Shown in pieces: positions 24,487-35,378 of a DNA stretch of 64,000 bases. This DNA comes from Balanoglossus misakiensis. Its lineage: Eukaryota; Animalia; Hemichordata. The position numbers were made by a program, and so were the translations under genes. The stretch covers positions 11,276,454 to 11,340,453 of the forward strand of contig CM082596.2 of NCBI GenBank assembly GCA_040954595.2, written 5' to 3'. Positions within the stretch are counted from its first letter, which is position 1, and each line of letters opens with the position of its first letter. A model generated the notes under the pieces. It did not search any database. It saw only the letters and a program-made list of their open reading frames with translations, and was not told the DNA's origin.

Positions 24487-26105
24487 TTAAAGCTGCAAGC
24501 AGCGTTGGCGGGGCACAAGCGGTTCCCATGGTAACCAGCAAATGCCAAGGCTGTATCTGCTGTGGATACCAAGATATGGGAAAGTCATCGTCGCAAACCA
24601 CGGCCCTTTTACGGCAGCGCTCTGCTCCCCCCAAAAAGGACGTGGTATAATACGGCCATGTATTCAGTATTTGGTCAAGGCGCTTTCATAGTACACCCAA
24701 CAACCAATCAGATTGCTTGTTACATCCCATTCACGCATCTCATTACATCTCATTCTAAACAACATGGCGGCTTCCAGTGTGGAAGTGCTATTGTCCCAGC
24801 TCTCCTCGAGAGACGGGCTTTGATTGGCCAGATTATAACGATGTCATCTCATGAATATGCATTACCAATATGTTCAAATACCAGCGCGGTACTCCATTTT
24901 AACCAGAGTACGTGATTTCGATAGTGAAACGAAAGAAATCCGTAGTCTGGTGGGGCGAGAATGGGGAAAGTAAGTCAAAAGTCACCTGAGGTCACCCCAT
25001 ATTTGCGCAAAAATATTGGACCTCATACTAGTCTGCGTCCAACAAAAACCAGACCCGTAGCCCTATTGGTTCGCCTAGAATTAGGTATGCACATAATTAA
25101 TGAAGTCTTGTGTAAGACTCCATTGTGCTCAATCCCCCCAAAAGCCAGGGCTCTAACTGCTGCGGCTGCTGAGATATGGGAAATTAGATCAAAGGTCACC
25201 CAAGGTCACCCAAAATTTGGGCATAAAATGTTGACCCCATAGTGGACCATGTCCAACAAACACACAACCTCTAGCCCTATTGGTTAGCCTGGAATAAGAT
25301 ATGCAGAAAAATGATGTTTCAGAAATAGGTCAAAGGTCATTGCTAAAATTCCCAAAATATTTGTGTCATGTCCTGGTAGCAGTGGTACCCATGTCCACAA
25401 ATTTCATGACTGTGGTGCTGTTGCAAGAGGAGGTACAAGGCATATGCATATATAATTAGTTGTTTTAAAACTGGGTCAAAGGTCATGGGAAAATTGGACC
25501 CCCCCCAAAAAAAAAAAAAAATAATAATAATAATAATTGTGACAAGTTCCGGTCATATGATGACTCATATCCACAAAAAGATTTTCCATGCTGTCATCAT
25601 TTTGGCTACAAAACGGAATTTTCATTTTTCAATGGTTTTCCGAAAATCCAATATGGCCGCCATAACGATAGACCAATCACAGTGCGCTTCGCATACTATA
25701 TAGACATAGGTTAGGTGACCACATACCCCGAATCCCGTGACTCGGCAATCGCTGGTTCTGGAGGAGAAGATTTTTAAGTAGTTTTTCAGAAAAACAATTG
25801 TAGCAAAAAACCTGCAACTTTGACAGCATAATTTCCAATTACAAAAATGATGGACAAAAGGTAGTTTACCTGCATGCCAAATTTGAAGTCGATCTGACTT
25901 GTAGTTTCTGAGATCTGAGATTTGCATTTTTTCACGAAATCCAATAAGGCCGCCAGGTCACGTGACTAATTAAATATTCACAAGCCACTGCACATCTACT
26001 CATTGACCTTGACCACTGTTGCAAGTTTGAGAAGTGTACCTGCAGTAGTTTCAGAGATCTAGTTGGCCGAAGATTGACAGGAGAATAAAGAAAGAAAAAC
26101 CCGAA
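24487..26105 (+). mobile_element. Unclassified non-autonomous element, possibly Helentron-related
   Basis: Starts ttaaagctgcaagcagcg; rich in ggtcaaaggtca/tgaccttga motifs; A-rich distal end; lies between the IS3EU-like arms. Confidence 0.35.
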
Positions 26106-26924
26106 AAGTGCGCCCTCTTTGACGGAATTGCGGTTAGGCATAGCATATCATAATGACATGTCTGCATAGTATAAAGCCAAACGCGCACCGTATGTTGAAC
26201 GGGCATAGTATCATGGTGAATGAGCGACGTATAATGATGTAGGCACAGCGTATAATGATGTAGGCACAGCGTATAATGATGTATGCACAGCGTATAATGC
26301 TGTATACACATTGTATAAAGATGTATGGGCAGCGTATAATGATGTATGGGCAATGTATAATGATGTATTCACAGCGTATAACGATGCACAAGCAGCGTAT
26401 AATGATGTATGCACATTGTATAAAGATGTATGAGCGTCGTATAATGATGTATGGGCAATGTATAATGGTGTATTCACAGCGTATAACGATGCACAAGCAG
26501 CGTATAATGATGTATGCACATTGTATAAAGATGTATGAGCGTCGTATAATGATGTATGGGCAATGTATAATGATGTATTTACATCGTATAACGTTGCACA
26601 AGCAGCGTATAATGATGTATACACATTGTATAAAGATGTATGAGCGTCGTATAATGATGTATGGGCATCATATAATGGTAACAATGGACTTAAGACAGCT
26701 GTGGCTTTCCATACTAAAGCACCTACAGAATCATGTGCATGACTTTTGGCCACTGATTTCCTGAGGTTGACTCTTTTCTTGGGCTTGACTAAGAGTTGTC
26801 CAACTTGATTTCCACTGGGATTCTGTTGGTTTGATATAGCTTTGCTAGGTTTCTCACAGCACATGTTCTTTAGATGCTGCCTGTATTCTCGAGAACCCTT
26901 GACTTTCTGGAGAAGAGGTGTTGT

Positions 26925-27240
26925 ATTTAAGCAATAAAACACCCCCAGCCATGGTATACCACGAGATTTTGACCAGTTCACGACATATACGCACGAGCGA
27001 TAGCGAGTGCGTATATGGAGTTGAACTGGTCAAAATCGAGTGGTATACCATGGCTGGGGGTGTTTTATTGCTATTATATTATGCCAGTATATTGAAACTT
27101 TGCATAAAACATTTTAAAAAGGCATTTTCTTTGACTATGATATATGACTGTGGTATATGGCTAATATATCACGGTCACATGTCATGTCTCGACCAATCAA
27201 ATAGCTTGATTTACACCATCAATATACTGGTATAATATAA
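26925..27240. mobile_element. Hairpin-ended non-autonomous element (copies at 34203-34518, 37952-38267)
   Basis: ~143-bp palindrome agcaataaaacacccccagccatggtatacc...ggtataccatggctgggggtgttttattgct, loop CGAGCGATAGCGAG; inner pair ttatattatgccagtatattg / caatatactggtataatataa. Confidence 0.8.
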
Positions 27241-27980
27241 TACCCCTTTGCATGACTTTGTGTATTGAACTGGTTGTTATTTCGAAGAACAAATCGTTCA
27301 ATTAGTAACATACAAGATTGATCTGATGCATGTACATCAGGATTAGGATAATATTTAAAGGAATGTATGGGAGCAAGCATGTTTTACAACCCACATTCCT
27401 GTCTCTGAGTGTTAAACTTGCCCAAAAAGTGTCATTAATGGGGGGAAAAGTGTAAATGTCAGTTTCTAGCCACTAGAGGGCGCTGTCTTTTGGGATCCAT
27501 ATTGGAAAATGTCCGCCATGGGTCAATGAATAATTGTACCAAATTTCATGCTTTTAACCCAAAGTGCACAATTTTTAAGTATGAATGTCTTTTCTGGCCA
27601 CTAGAGGGCGCTGTAATTTTGGATCCATATCAGAAAACGGCCGCCACGGGTCAATGCATAAGTGTACCAAGTTTTATGCTTTTAACCCAAAGTGCACAAT
27701 TATGCCAAAATGTGGGGTTTAGCTCCTGCACTAATATGTGTTCATGCCAAAGCACAAACAGTTATGACCTGACAGCTCAGTTTGTACATCATTTCTACAA
27801 ATCCACAAAGAAACTGAAAGTTTAGAAAAGTCAGGCCTGTAAGAAATATTAGAAATATCACTGTTAATACTTAATTTCAAAGCCATGTGAATTTGTTCAA
27901 TTTAAGAAAATTTTTAAAGGAAGGGAGGATAGGTATTGACTTGAATAATTACAATGGATGTTTTTGTTTTCTATTTTCAG

Positions 27981-28100
27981 ATGTGAATGAGTGTTCAGAT
28001 TCTGTTTGTGCTGGAGGTTGTCACAATGCAGAGGGTGGATTCAGCTGTAGTTGTGGTGATGATGGTTTTTCTCTGAGTGCAGATCATGTCAATTGTTTAG
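27981..28100 (+). CDS. cbEGF exon (phase 1-1): DVNECSDSVCAGGCHNAEGGFSCSCGDDGFSLSADHVNCL
   Basis: ttttcAG/GTAAG, 120 bp, six Cys, intact. Confidence 0.9.
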
Positions 28101-29836
28101 GTAAGTTTTTTTGAGTGGGGAGGGTATAGGCTAACAATGGCTTTGCATTTCCTGCCACAAAAGGGTGCTTACAGAAGTTGTAAGTTGCAGAGATTACAGT
28201 CAGTCACCATGTTAAAAAAGAAAATAATTTAAAGTTATCAGGCACTTTCCATAGTTAGAAATTAAAAATATAGCGTCAAGGACACTTGGTGCTCTCTCAG
28301 TGTGTAGTGGATGACGAGCTGAATGTTTGGAGAACAGTGCAAACACCACAGTGAAATGCTGAACTGATTTGCTCATGTAATATTGAATGCAGCCTGATAT
28401 GGTGGGTGCTTGACAGGGGGAAAAACCACTTGTCCTGGGCTCTAATAACTGTTTTAAATTAAGTCTTAAAAATGGCCTGCACTCACAAATGGCCTCACAC
28501 AAATATATTGTCATTTCCCTCTCAGATTCTGTATCTTATGTTATACTGATGGAATTCATTGTGTATGTCATATCAAATTGCACCAGTGCGAGCTATGAGA
28601 AATGTGTTTTGAGAAAAAAACAGTGCAAGTAGAAGTACTAGTCTAAAAGTGAAAGAAATACATTTGGAAAAAAAATATCAGACAGCATTCAAGATCTGGT
28701 GGGGCGAGAATGGGGAAAGTAAGTCAAAAGTCACCTGAGGTCACCCCATATTTGCGCAAAAATATTGGACCTCATACTAGTCTGCGTCCAACAAAAACCA
28801 GACCCGTAGCCCTATTGGTTCGCCTAGAATTAGGTATGCACATAATTAATGAAGTCTTGTGTAAGACTCCATTGTGCTCAATCCCCCCAAAAGCCAGGGC
28901 TCTAACTGCTGCGGCTGCTGAGATATGGGAAATTAGATCAAAGGTCACCCAAGGTCACCCAAAATTTGGGCATAAAATGTTGACCCCATAGTGGACCATG
29001 TCCAACAAACACACGACCTCTAGCCCTATTGGTTAGCCTGGAATAAGATATGCAGAAAAATGATGTTTCAGAAATAGGTCAAAGGTCATTGCTAAAATTC
29101 CCAAAATATTTGTGTCATGTCCTGGTAGCAGTGGTACCCATGTCCACAAATTTCATGACTGTGGTGCTGTTGCAAGAGGAGGTACAAGGCATATGCATAT
29201 ATAATTAGTTGTTTTAAAACTGGGTCAAAGGTCATGGGAAAATTGGACCCCCCCCAAAAAAAAAAAATAATAATAATAATAATAATTGTGACAAGTTCCG
29301 GTCATATGATGACTCATATCCACAAAAAGATTTTCCATGCTGTCATCATTTTGGCTACAAAACGGAATTTTCATTTTTAAATGGTTTTCCGAAAATCCAA
29401 TATGGCCGCCATAACGATAGACCAATCACAGTGCGCTTCGCATACTATATAGACATAGGTTAGGTGACCACATACCCCGAATCCCGTGACTCGGCAATCG
29501 CTGGTTCTGGAGGAGAAGATTTTTAAGTAGTTTTTCAGAAAAACAATTGTAGCAAAAAACCTGCAACTTTGACAGCATAATTTCCAATTACAAAAATGAT
29601 GGACAAAAGGTAGTCTACCTGCATGCCAAATTTGAAGTCGATCTGACTTGTAGTTTCTGAGATCTGAGATTTGCATTTTTTCACGAAATCCAATAAGGCC
29701 ACCAGGTCACGTGACTAATTAAATATTCACAAGCCACTGCACATCTACTCATTGACCTTGACCACTGTTGCAAGTTTGAGAAGTGTACCTGCAGTAGTTT
29801 CAGAGATCTAGTTGGCCGAAGATTGACAGGAGAATA

Positions 29837-32800
29837 TTATTATTATTATTATTAAGAATTGTTTAAAATGCGCTACACATACGTCTCAGCGCATTGTACA
29901 TAGCTAAAAGAGTAGATTAAAAATACAAGGCTGGTAAAAATAGTTAAAAGGACACAATCGAACACGTTACACATAAAACCGAGTAAAAAGGTATGTTTTC
30001 AAATTACGCTTAAAAATATTGACACTTCTGGCGGTTTTGATATCAAGGGGTAAATTGTTCCATAAAATGGGCGCACAAACTGAAAAAGCTCTCTGTCCGT
30101 AGGTTTTGTTAAATTTACCATGAGGATGAGTTAAAAAGAATTGAACACTAGAGCGCAGTTCTCGAGCTGGTACATATAAATGTAAAAGATCAGTCAAATA
30201 GGCGGGTGCCTTACCACTGATACATTTGAATGTGAGCAAGAGAATTTTAAAACTGATGCGGGCCTCTACCGGTAGCCAGTGTAAATCTTTGAGTATGGGT
30301 GTGATATGATCGGACTTGCGCGTACGAGTAACTAGCCTCGCCGCAGCATTCTGTAGAGACTGAAGTCGAGCTAGATGTCCCTTCGGGATACCAAACAAAA
30401 GACTATTACAGTAATCTAAATGAGACGTTACAAATGCATGAACTAGTTTCTCAGTTGTAGATCTGTCAAGAAGATTACGAATTTTAGCTATTCTATGCAA
30501 AGAGAAGAAACCATTTTTGCACAGCTTACTAATATGATCAGACATGCTACCATCCTGACTTAAAATAACGCCGAGATTTTTAACTGAAACTGAAGGAATT
30601 ATGTCACATTGTCCGATTCTTAGACAGTCTAATGTTGTCACATTAGATTTTAAACGTGATGAAAAGTGAATAACTTCAGTTTTATCATCATTCAGTACAA
30701 GCATGTTAGATTTCATCCAGCTGCGGATATCATCGACGCAGAGCTCAATGTTATTGCGAACATCGTTAGGGCTGTTGCAGATGGCATAAATTTGCGTATC
30801 GTCCGCGTATATCATGCAATCAATCCCGTGTTTTCCGAAGATGTCTTCCAGAGGTGCAGTGTAGAGTGTAAACATGAGAGGTCCTAGAACAGATCCTTGT
30901 GGAACGCCATATTTCATGCGAGAACTTGGGGATGATGCAGATCCAACCTTGACGCACTGTTGGCGATTAACGAGGTACGAACGAAACCACGATAAAGTGT
31001 TACCAGTTATTCCAAAACGATGATGTAGTCTCTGTAGCATTATTTCATGATCGATAGTGTCAAACGCCGCTGATAAATCTAACATGATAAGAATTACATC
31101 CTGTTTGTTATTCAAGGCAAACATGATGTCATTGTGGACACGCAAGAGAGCAGTTTCCGTGCTATGATTAGCACGGTAAGCACTTTGAAACTTTGTGAAA
31201 AGACTAAATTTAGTGAGGTGACTGTTCAGTTGCTGAACGACTACACGCTCGAGGAGTTTTGACAAGAACGGAAGGTTTGAAACCGGTCTGTAGTTCTTCA
31301 GAATGTTCTGATCCAGATCAACTTTCTTTAACAATGGACGAATTATCGCTGACTTGAAATGACTCGGCACGATGCCAGCTGTGAGCGAATTGTTGAAAAG
31401 ATCAGCAAGGAAAGGTGCTAAGATGTGTACGCAATTCTTCAACACTCCATATGGTAGAATGTCGAGTTCACAAGATTTCGGTGGTGATTGTTTCACTAAC
31501 GCAATTATATCCCCAGGTGACACTGGGTCAAATTCCGCGAAAGTATGAGTTGGTGTTATGTCAGCCTCACAGCTGTGCGGTTGTGGACCAATCCTGTCAC
31601 GGAGTTGCGACACCTTGTTTTCAAAATAATTCATGAAGGCTGATGGAATTTCTTTTGTTGGTACGTTGTTCGGAATGGAGTTGGATAATGCTTTTCTCGA
31701 ATCGGACAGTTCTGCAACAATCGCAAACAATTTCTTGTTATCTGCGTCTTCAATTCTAATCCGGTGATAGTCTGTTTTTAATGCGTCACATCGGCGTGAA
31801 TATTCCATGCGCTTAAAAATGAACATTTGGCGATCGATTTCCAAATTTGATTTACGCCAATTTATTTCCAGTCGACGTAACTCTTTTCTCATAGTTAGTA
31901 AATCCTCAGAGAACCATGGTGCACGCACTTTATTTAAGACTGATTTGCTTTTGACGGGGGCGACCTCATCAAGGGCATCGGTAACAACTCCATGGAAATA
32001 ATGATACAAATCGTCTGGGTTGGTAATGCTGGGAAGATTGGGCATTTCGGATGAGAGTATATCGACCAGCTTATCAGTGTTCATTGTACGAAAGTCACGT
32101 TGTGTAATTGTTACCTTGGTGTTGGGCGATCGCTGAACATTAAGTCCAAAATATAAAATACTATGATCAGAGTTTAGCGAGTCGTCGGATCTGATTGAGT
32201 GAAGCAGGTGCTCTGATGAACGTGTTATAAGTAGATCCAATGTGTGGCCTTTGCTGTGTGTTGGTATCTTAACGTGCTGTTGTAGGCCAAAGGATTGAAG
32301 AAGGTCGACCAACTTACTTGTGTCCGGAGAACTCATGTTCTCGACTGGAAAATTAAAATCTCCAGCAACTAAGAGATGGCCCGAGGAAGGTACGGCTGTT
32401 TCCATAAGAGTGGAAAAATCAGAGATGAAGTCGTTTGTGGTCGCCTTATTTTTTGTCGATTTTGGTGGACGGTAGACGGCGATTATGCGGAGAGTCTGAC
32501 TTGAGGATTTAAATGTTACGTGTAACGATTCGAAGGACTGGAACGGCGTTGATCCTTTTTCCACAAGTCTTAGGTTAGAACGAGCCAAAACAGCTACCCC
32601 TCCCCCTCGTCGCTGAGAGCGGGACTGATGGTAAAAATTATACCCACTGATTGTAGAATGGAGTTCAGCAATGACAGGATCAAACTGACTCTTCAGCCAG
32701 GTCTCAGTTATGATCATTATGTCCAATTTCCCTTCGAGCAAAGTAGATGCTATAGCACCAATTTTACCATTCAGGGAACGGGCATTCCACAGAGCAGCAT

Positions 32801-33359
32801 TAAGATTGAGTTTGTTGAAGCAGGAAGAAATTCTTGGAATATTGACAAGTGTAGAAGTTCGCTTGTGTCCAGGTGTCTGTGTAGAGCGAGTGGTGATTAC
32901 AGTTTCAATGGCAGCCGGTTCGTTGAATAAATTACCTTGTGAAGAGACCGGAATCAGACGAAGTACTCTTGTGCGTGAATTATTATGTCGAATATGTCCA
33001 GTAGGCCTACGGTGATTACTTATGATCGTCTGAATTCCATACCTTGGCTTTGGATGCTTGAAACCCGCTTTACGCCCGCGTGGTCGAAAAAGCTTGGTAT
33101 TCATAGTTGAACGAAGGGACGTTGTCGCCATATTGAAAGAACTTCTACTTACACCCAGGGACTGCCAGGCATTGATAATTGAGTAAATACTGCTTCCAGA
33201 CATGGTAAAGTTCCAAATTTTGTGAAGAATCCAAGGCAGCAAATGTTTAAAAAGCAGGATGTGTATAATCGACGGGAAATACACAGGTTAAAACGGTAAA
33301 ATCGATAAAATCTGAGAGAGTGAAAGAGAGAGGCTGCCGATCAACAGCGCCACCATACA
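29837..33359 (-). mobile_element. Apparently intact single-ORF L2/CR1-group LINE, TSD AGAATA, (TAA)n tail
   Basis: Absent from sister units (gacaggAGAATAaagaaag); 3523 bp + 6-bp TSD = the 3529-bp offset difference. Confidence 0.95.
29967..33284 (-). CDS. APE endonuclease-reverse transcriptase (1105 aa)
   Basis: WNARSL, ITETWL, GDFN, TLDL, SDH (APE); NYRPVSNLPF, LDLSAAFDTIDH, GVPQGSVLGP, YADD (RT); LHWLPV; no stops. Confidence 0.97.
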   Translation of the reverse strand: MYFPSIIHILLFKHLLPWILHKIWNFTMSGSSIYSIINAWQSLGVSRSSFNMATTSLRSTMNTKLFRPRGRKAGFKHPKPRYGIQTIISNHRRPTGHIRHNNSRTRVLRLIPVSSQGNLFNEPAAIETVITTRSTQTPGHKRTSTLVNIPRISSCFNKLNLNAALWNARSLNGKIGAIASTLLEGKLDIMIITETWLKSQFDPVIAELHSTISGYNFYHQSRSQRRGGGVAVLARSNLRLVEKGSTPFQSFESLHVTFKSSSQTLRIIAVYRPPKSTKNKATTNDFISDFSTLMETAVPSSGHLLVAGDFNFPVENMSSPDTSKLVDLLQSFGLQQHVKIPTHSKGHTLDLLITRSSEHLLHSIRSDDSLNSDHSILYFGLNVQRSPNTKVTITQRDFRTMNTDKLVDILSSEMPNLPSITNPDDLYHYFHGVVTDALDEVAPVKSKSVLNKVRAPWFSEDLLTMRKELRRLEINWRKSNLEIDRQMFIFKRMEYSRRCDALKTDYHRIRIEDADNKKLFAIVAELSDSRKALSNSIPNNVPTKEIPSAFMNYFENKVSQLRDRIGPQPHSCEADITPTHTFAEFDPVSPGDIIALVKQSPPKSCELDILPYGVLKNCVHILAPFLADLFNNSLTAGIVPSHFKSAIIRPLLKKVDLDQNILKNYRPVSNLPFLSKLLERVVVQQLNSHLTKFSLFTKFQSAYRANHSTETALLRVHNDIMFALNNKQDVILIMLDLSAAFDTIDHEIMLQRLHHRFGITGNTLSWFRSYLVNRQQCVKVGSASSPSSRMKYGVPQGSVLGPLMFTLYTAPLEDIFGKHGIDCMIYADDTQIYAICNSPNDVRNNIELCVDDIRSWMKSNMLVLNDDKTEVIHFSSRLKSNVTTLDCLRIGQCDIIPSVSVKNLGVILSQDGSMSDHISKLCKNGFFSLHRIAKIRNLLDRSTTEKLVHAFVTSHLDYCNSLLFGIPKGHLARLQSLQNAAARLVTRTRKSDHITPILKDLHWLPVEARISFKILLLTFKCISGKAPAYLTDLLHLYVPARELRSSVQFFLTHPHGKFNKTYGQRAFSVCAPILWNNLPLDIKTARSVNIFKRNLKTYLFTRFYV

Positions 33360-35258
33360 AGAATAAAGAAAGAAAAACCCGAAAAGTGCGCCCTCTTTGA
33401 CGGAATTGCGGTTAGGCATAGCATATCATAATGACATGTCTGCATAGTATAAAGCCAAACGCGCACCGTATGTTGAACGGGCATAGTATCATGGTGAATG
33501 AGCGACGTATAATGATGTAGGCACAGCGTATAATGATGTAGGCACAGCGTATAATGATGTATGCACAGCGTATAATGCTGTATACACATTGTATAAAGAT
33601 GTATGGGCAGCGTATAATGATGTATGGGCAATGTATAATGATGTATTCACAGCGTATAACGATGCACAAGCAGCGTATAATGATGTATGCACATTGTATA
33701 AAGATGTATGAGCGTCGTATAATGATGTATGGGCAATGTATAATGGTGTATTCACAGCGTATAACGATGCACAAGCAGCGTATAATGATGTATGCACATT
33801 GTATAAAGATGTATGAGCGTCGTATAATGATGTATGGGCAATGTATAATGATGTATTTACATCGTATAACGTTGCACAAGCAGCGTATAATGATGTATAC
33901 ACATTGTATAAAGATGTATGAGCGTCGTATAATGATGTATGGGCATCATATAATGGTAACAATGGACTTAAGACAGCTGTGGCTTTCCATACTAAAGCAC
34001 CTACAGAATCATGTGCATGACTTTTGGCCACTGATTTCCTGAGGTTGACTCTTTTCTTGGGCTTGACTAAGAGTTGTCCAACTTGATTTCCACTGGGATT
34101 CTGTTGGTTTGATATAGCTTTGCTAGGTTTCTCACAGCACATGTTCTTTAGATGCTGCCTGTATTCTCGAGAACCCTTGACTTTCTGGAGAAGAGGTGTT
34201 GTATTTAAGCAATAAAACACCCCCAGCCATGGTATACCACGAGATTTTGACCAGTTCACGACATATACGCACGAGCGATAGCGAGTGCGTATATGGAGTT
34301 GAACTGGTCAAAATCGAGTGGTATACCATGGCTGGGGGTGTTTTATTGCTATTATATTATGCCAGTATATTGAAACTTTGCATAAAACATTTTAAAAAGG
34401 CATTTTCTTTGACTATGATATATGACTGTGGTATATGGCTAATATATCACGGTCACATGTCATGTCTCGACCAATCAAATAGCTTGATTTACACCATCAA
34501 TATACTGGTATAATATAATACCCCTTTGCATGACTTTGTGTATTGAACTGGTTGTTATTTCGAAGAACAAATCGTTCAATTAGTAACATACAAGATTGAT
34601 CTGATGCATGTACATCAGGATTAGGATAATATTTAAAGGAATGTATGGGAGCAAGCATGTTTTACAACCCACATTCCTGTCTCTGAGTGTTAAACTTGCC
34701 CAAAAAGTGTCATTAATGGGGGGAAAAGTGTAAATGTCAGTTTCTAGCCACTAGAGGGCGCTGTCTTTTGGGATCCATATTGGAAAATGTCCGCCATGGG
34801 TCAATGAATAATTGTACCAAATTTCATGCTTTTAACCCAAAGTGCACAATTTTTAAGTATGAATGTCTTTTCTGGCCACTAGAGGGCGCTGTAATTTTGG
34901 ATCCATATCAGAAAACGGCCGCCACGGGTCAATGCATAAGTGTACCAAGTTTTATGCTTTTAACCCAAAGTGCACAATTATGCCAAAATGTGGGGTTTAG
35001 CTCCTGCACTAATATGTGTTCATGCCAAAGCACAAACAGTTATGACCTGACAGCTCAGTTTGTACATCATTTCTACAAATCCACAAAGAAACTGAAAGTT
35101 TAGAAAAGTCAGGCCTGTAAGAAATATTAGAAATATCACTGTTAATACTTAATTTCAAAGCCATGTGAATTTGTTCAATTTAAGAAAATTTTTAAAGGAA
35201 GGGAGGATAGGTATTGACTTGAATAATTACAATGGATGTTTTTGTTTTCTATTTTCAG

Positions 35259-35378
35259 ATGTGAATGAGTGTTCAGATTCTGTTTGTGCTGGAGGTTGTC
35301 ACAATGCAGAGGGTGGATTCAGCTGTAGTTGTGGTGATGATGGTTTTTCTCTGAGTGCAGATCATGTCAATTGTTTAG
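35259..35378 (+). CDS. Duplicate cbEGF exon (copy of 27981-28100)
   Basis: Same sequence and splice sites at +7278. Confidence 0.9.

Larger units (their letters stand above)
23513..26713. mobile_element. IS3EU-like non-autonomous element with ~600-bp minisatellite-containing TIRs, 6-bp TSD CTAAAG
   Basis: CTAAAG|TATGGAAAGCCACAGCTG...CAGCTGTGGCTTTCCATA|CTAAAG; arms 23513-24120 and 26106-26713 inverted. Confidence 0.85.
22579..27733. mobile_element. Non-autonomous TIR element (TAG...CTA, 3-bp TSD ATA; Academ-like) hosting nested inserts
   Basis: ATA|TAGTG...CACTA|ATA; arms 22579-~23460 and ~27315-27733 are inverted copies (gtgcactttgggttaaaagcatgaaacttggtac, gcgccctctagtggcc). Confidence 0.7.
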
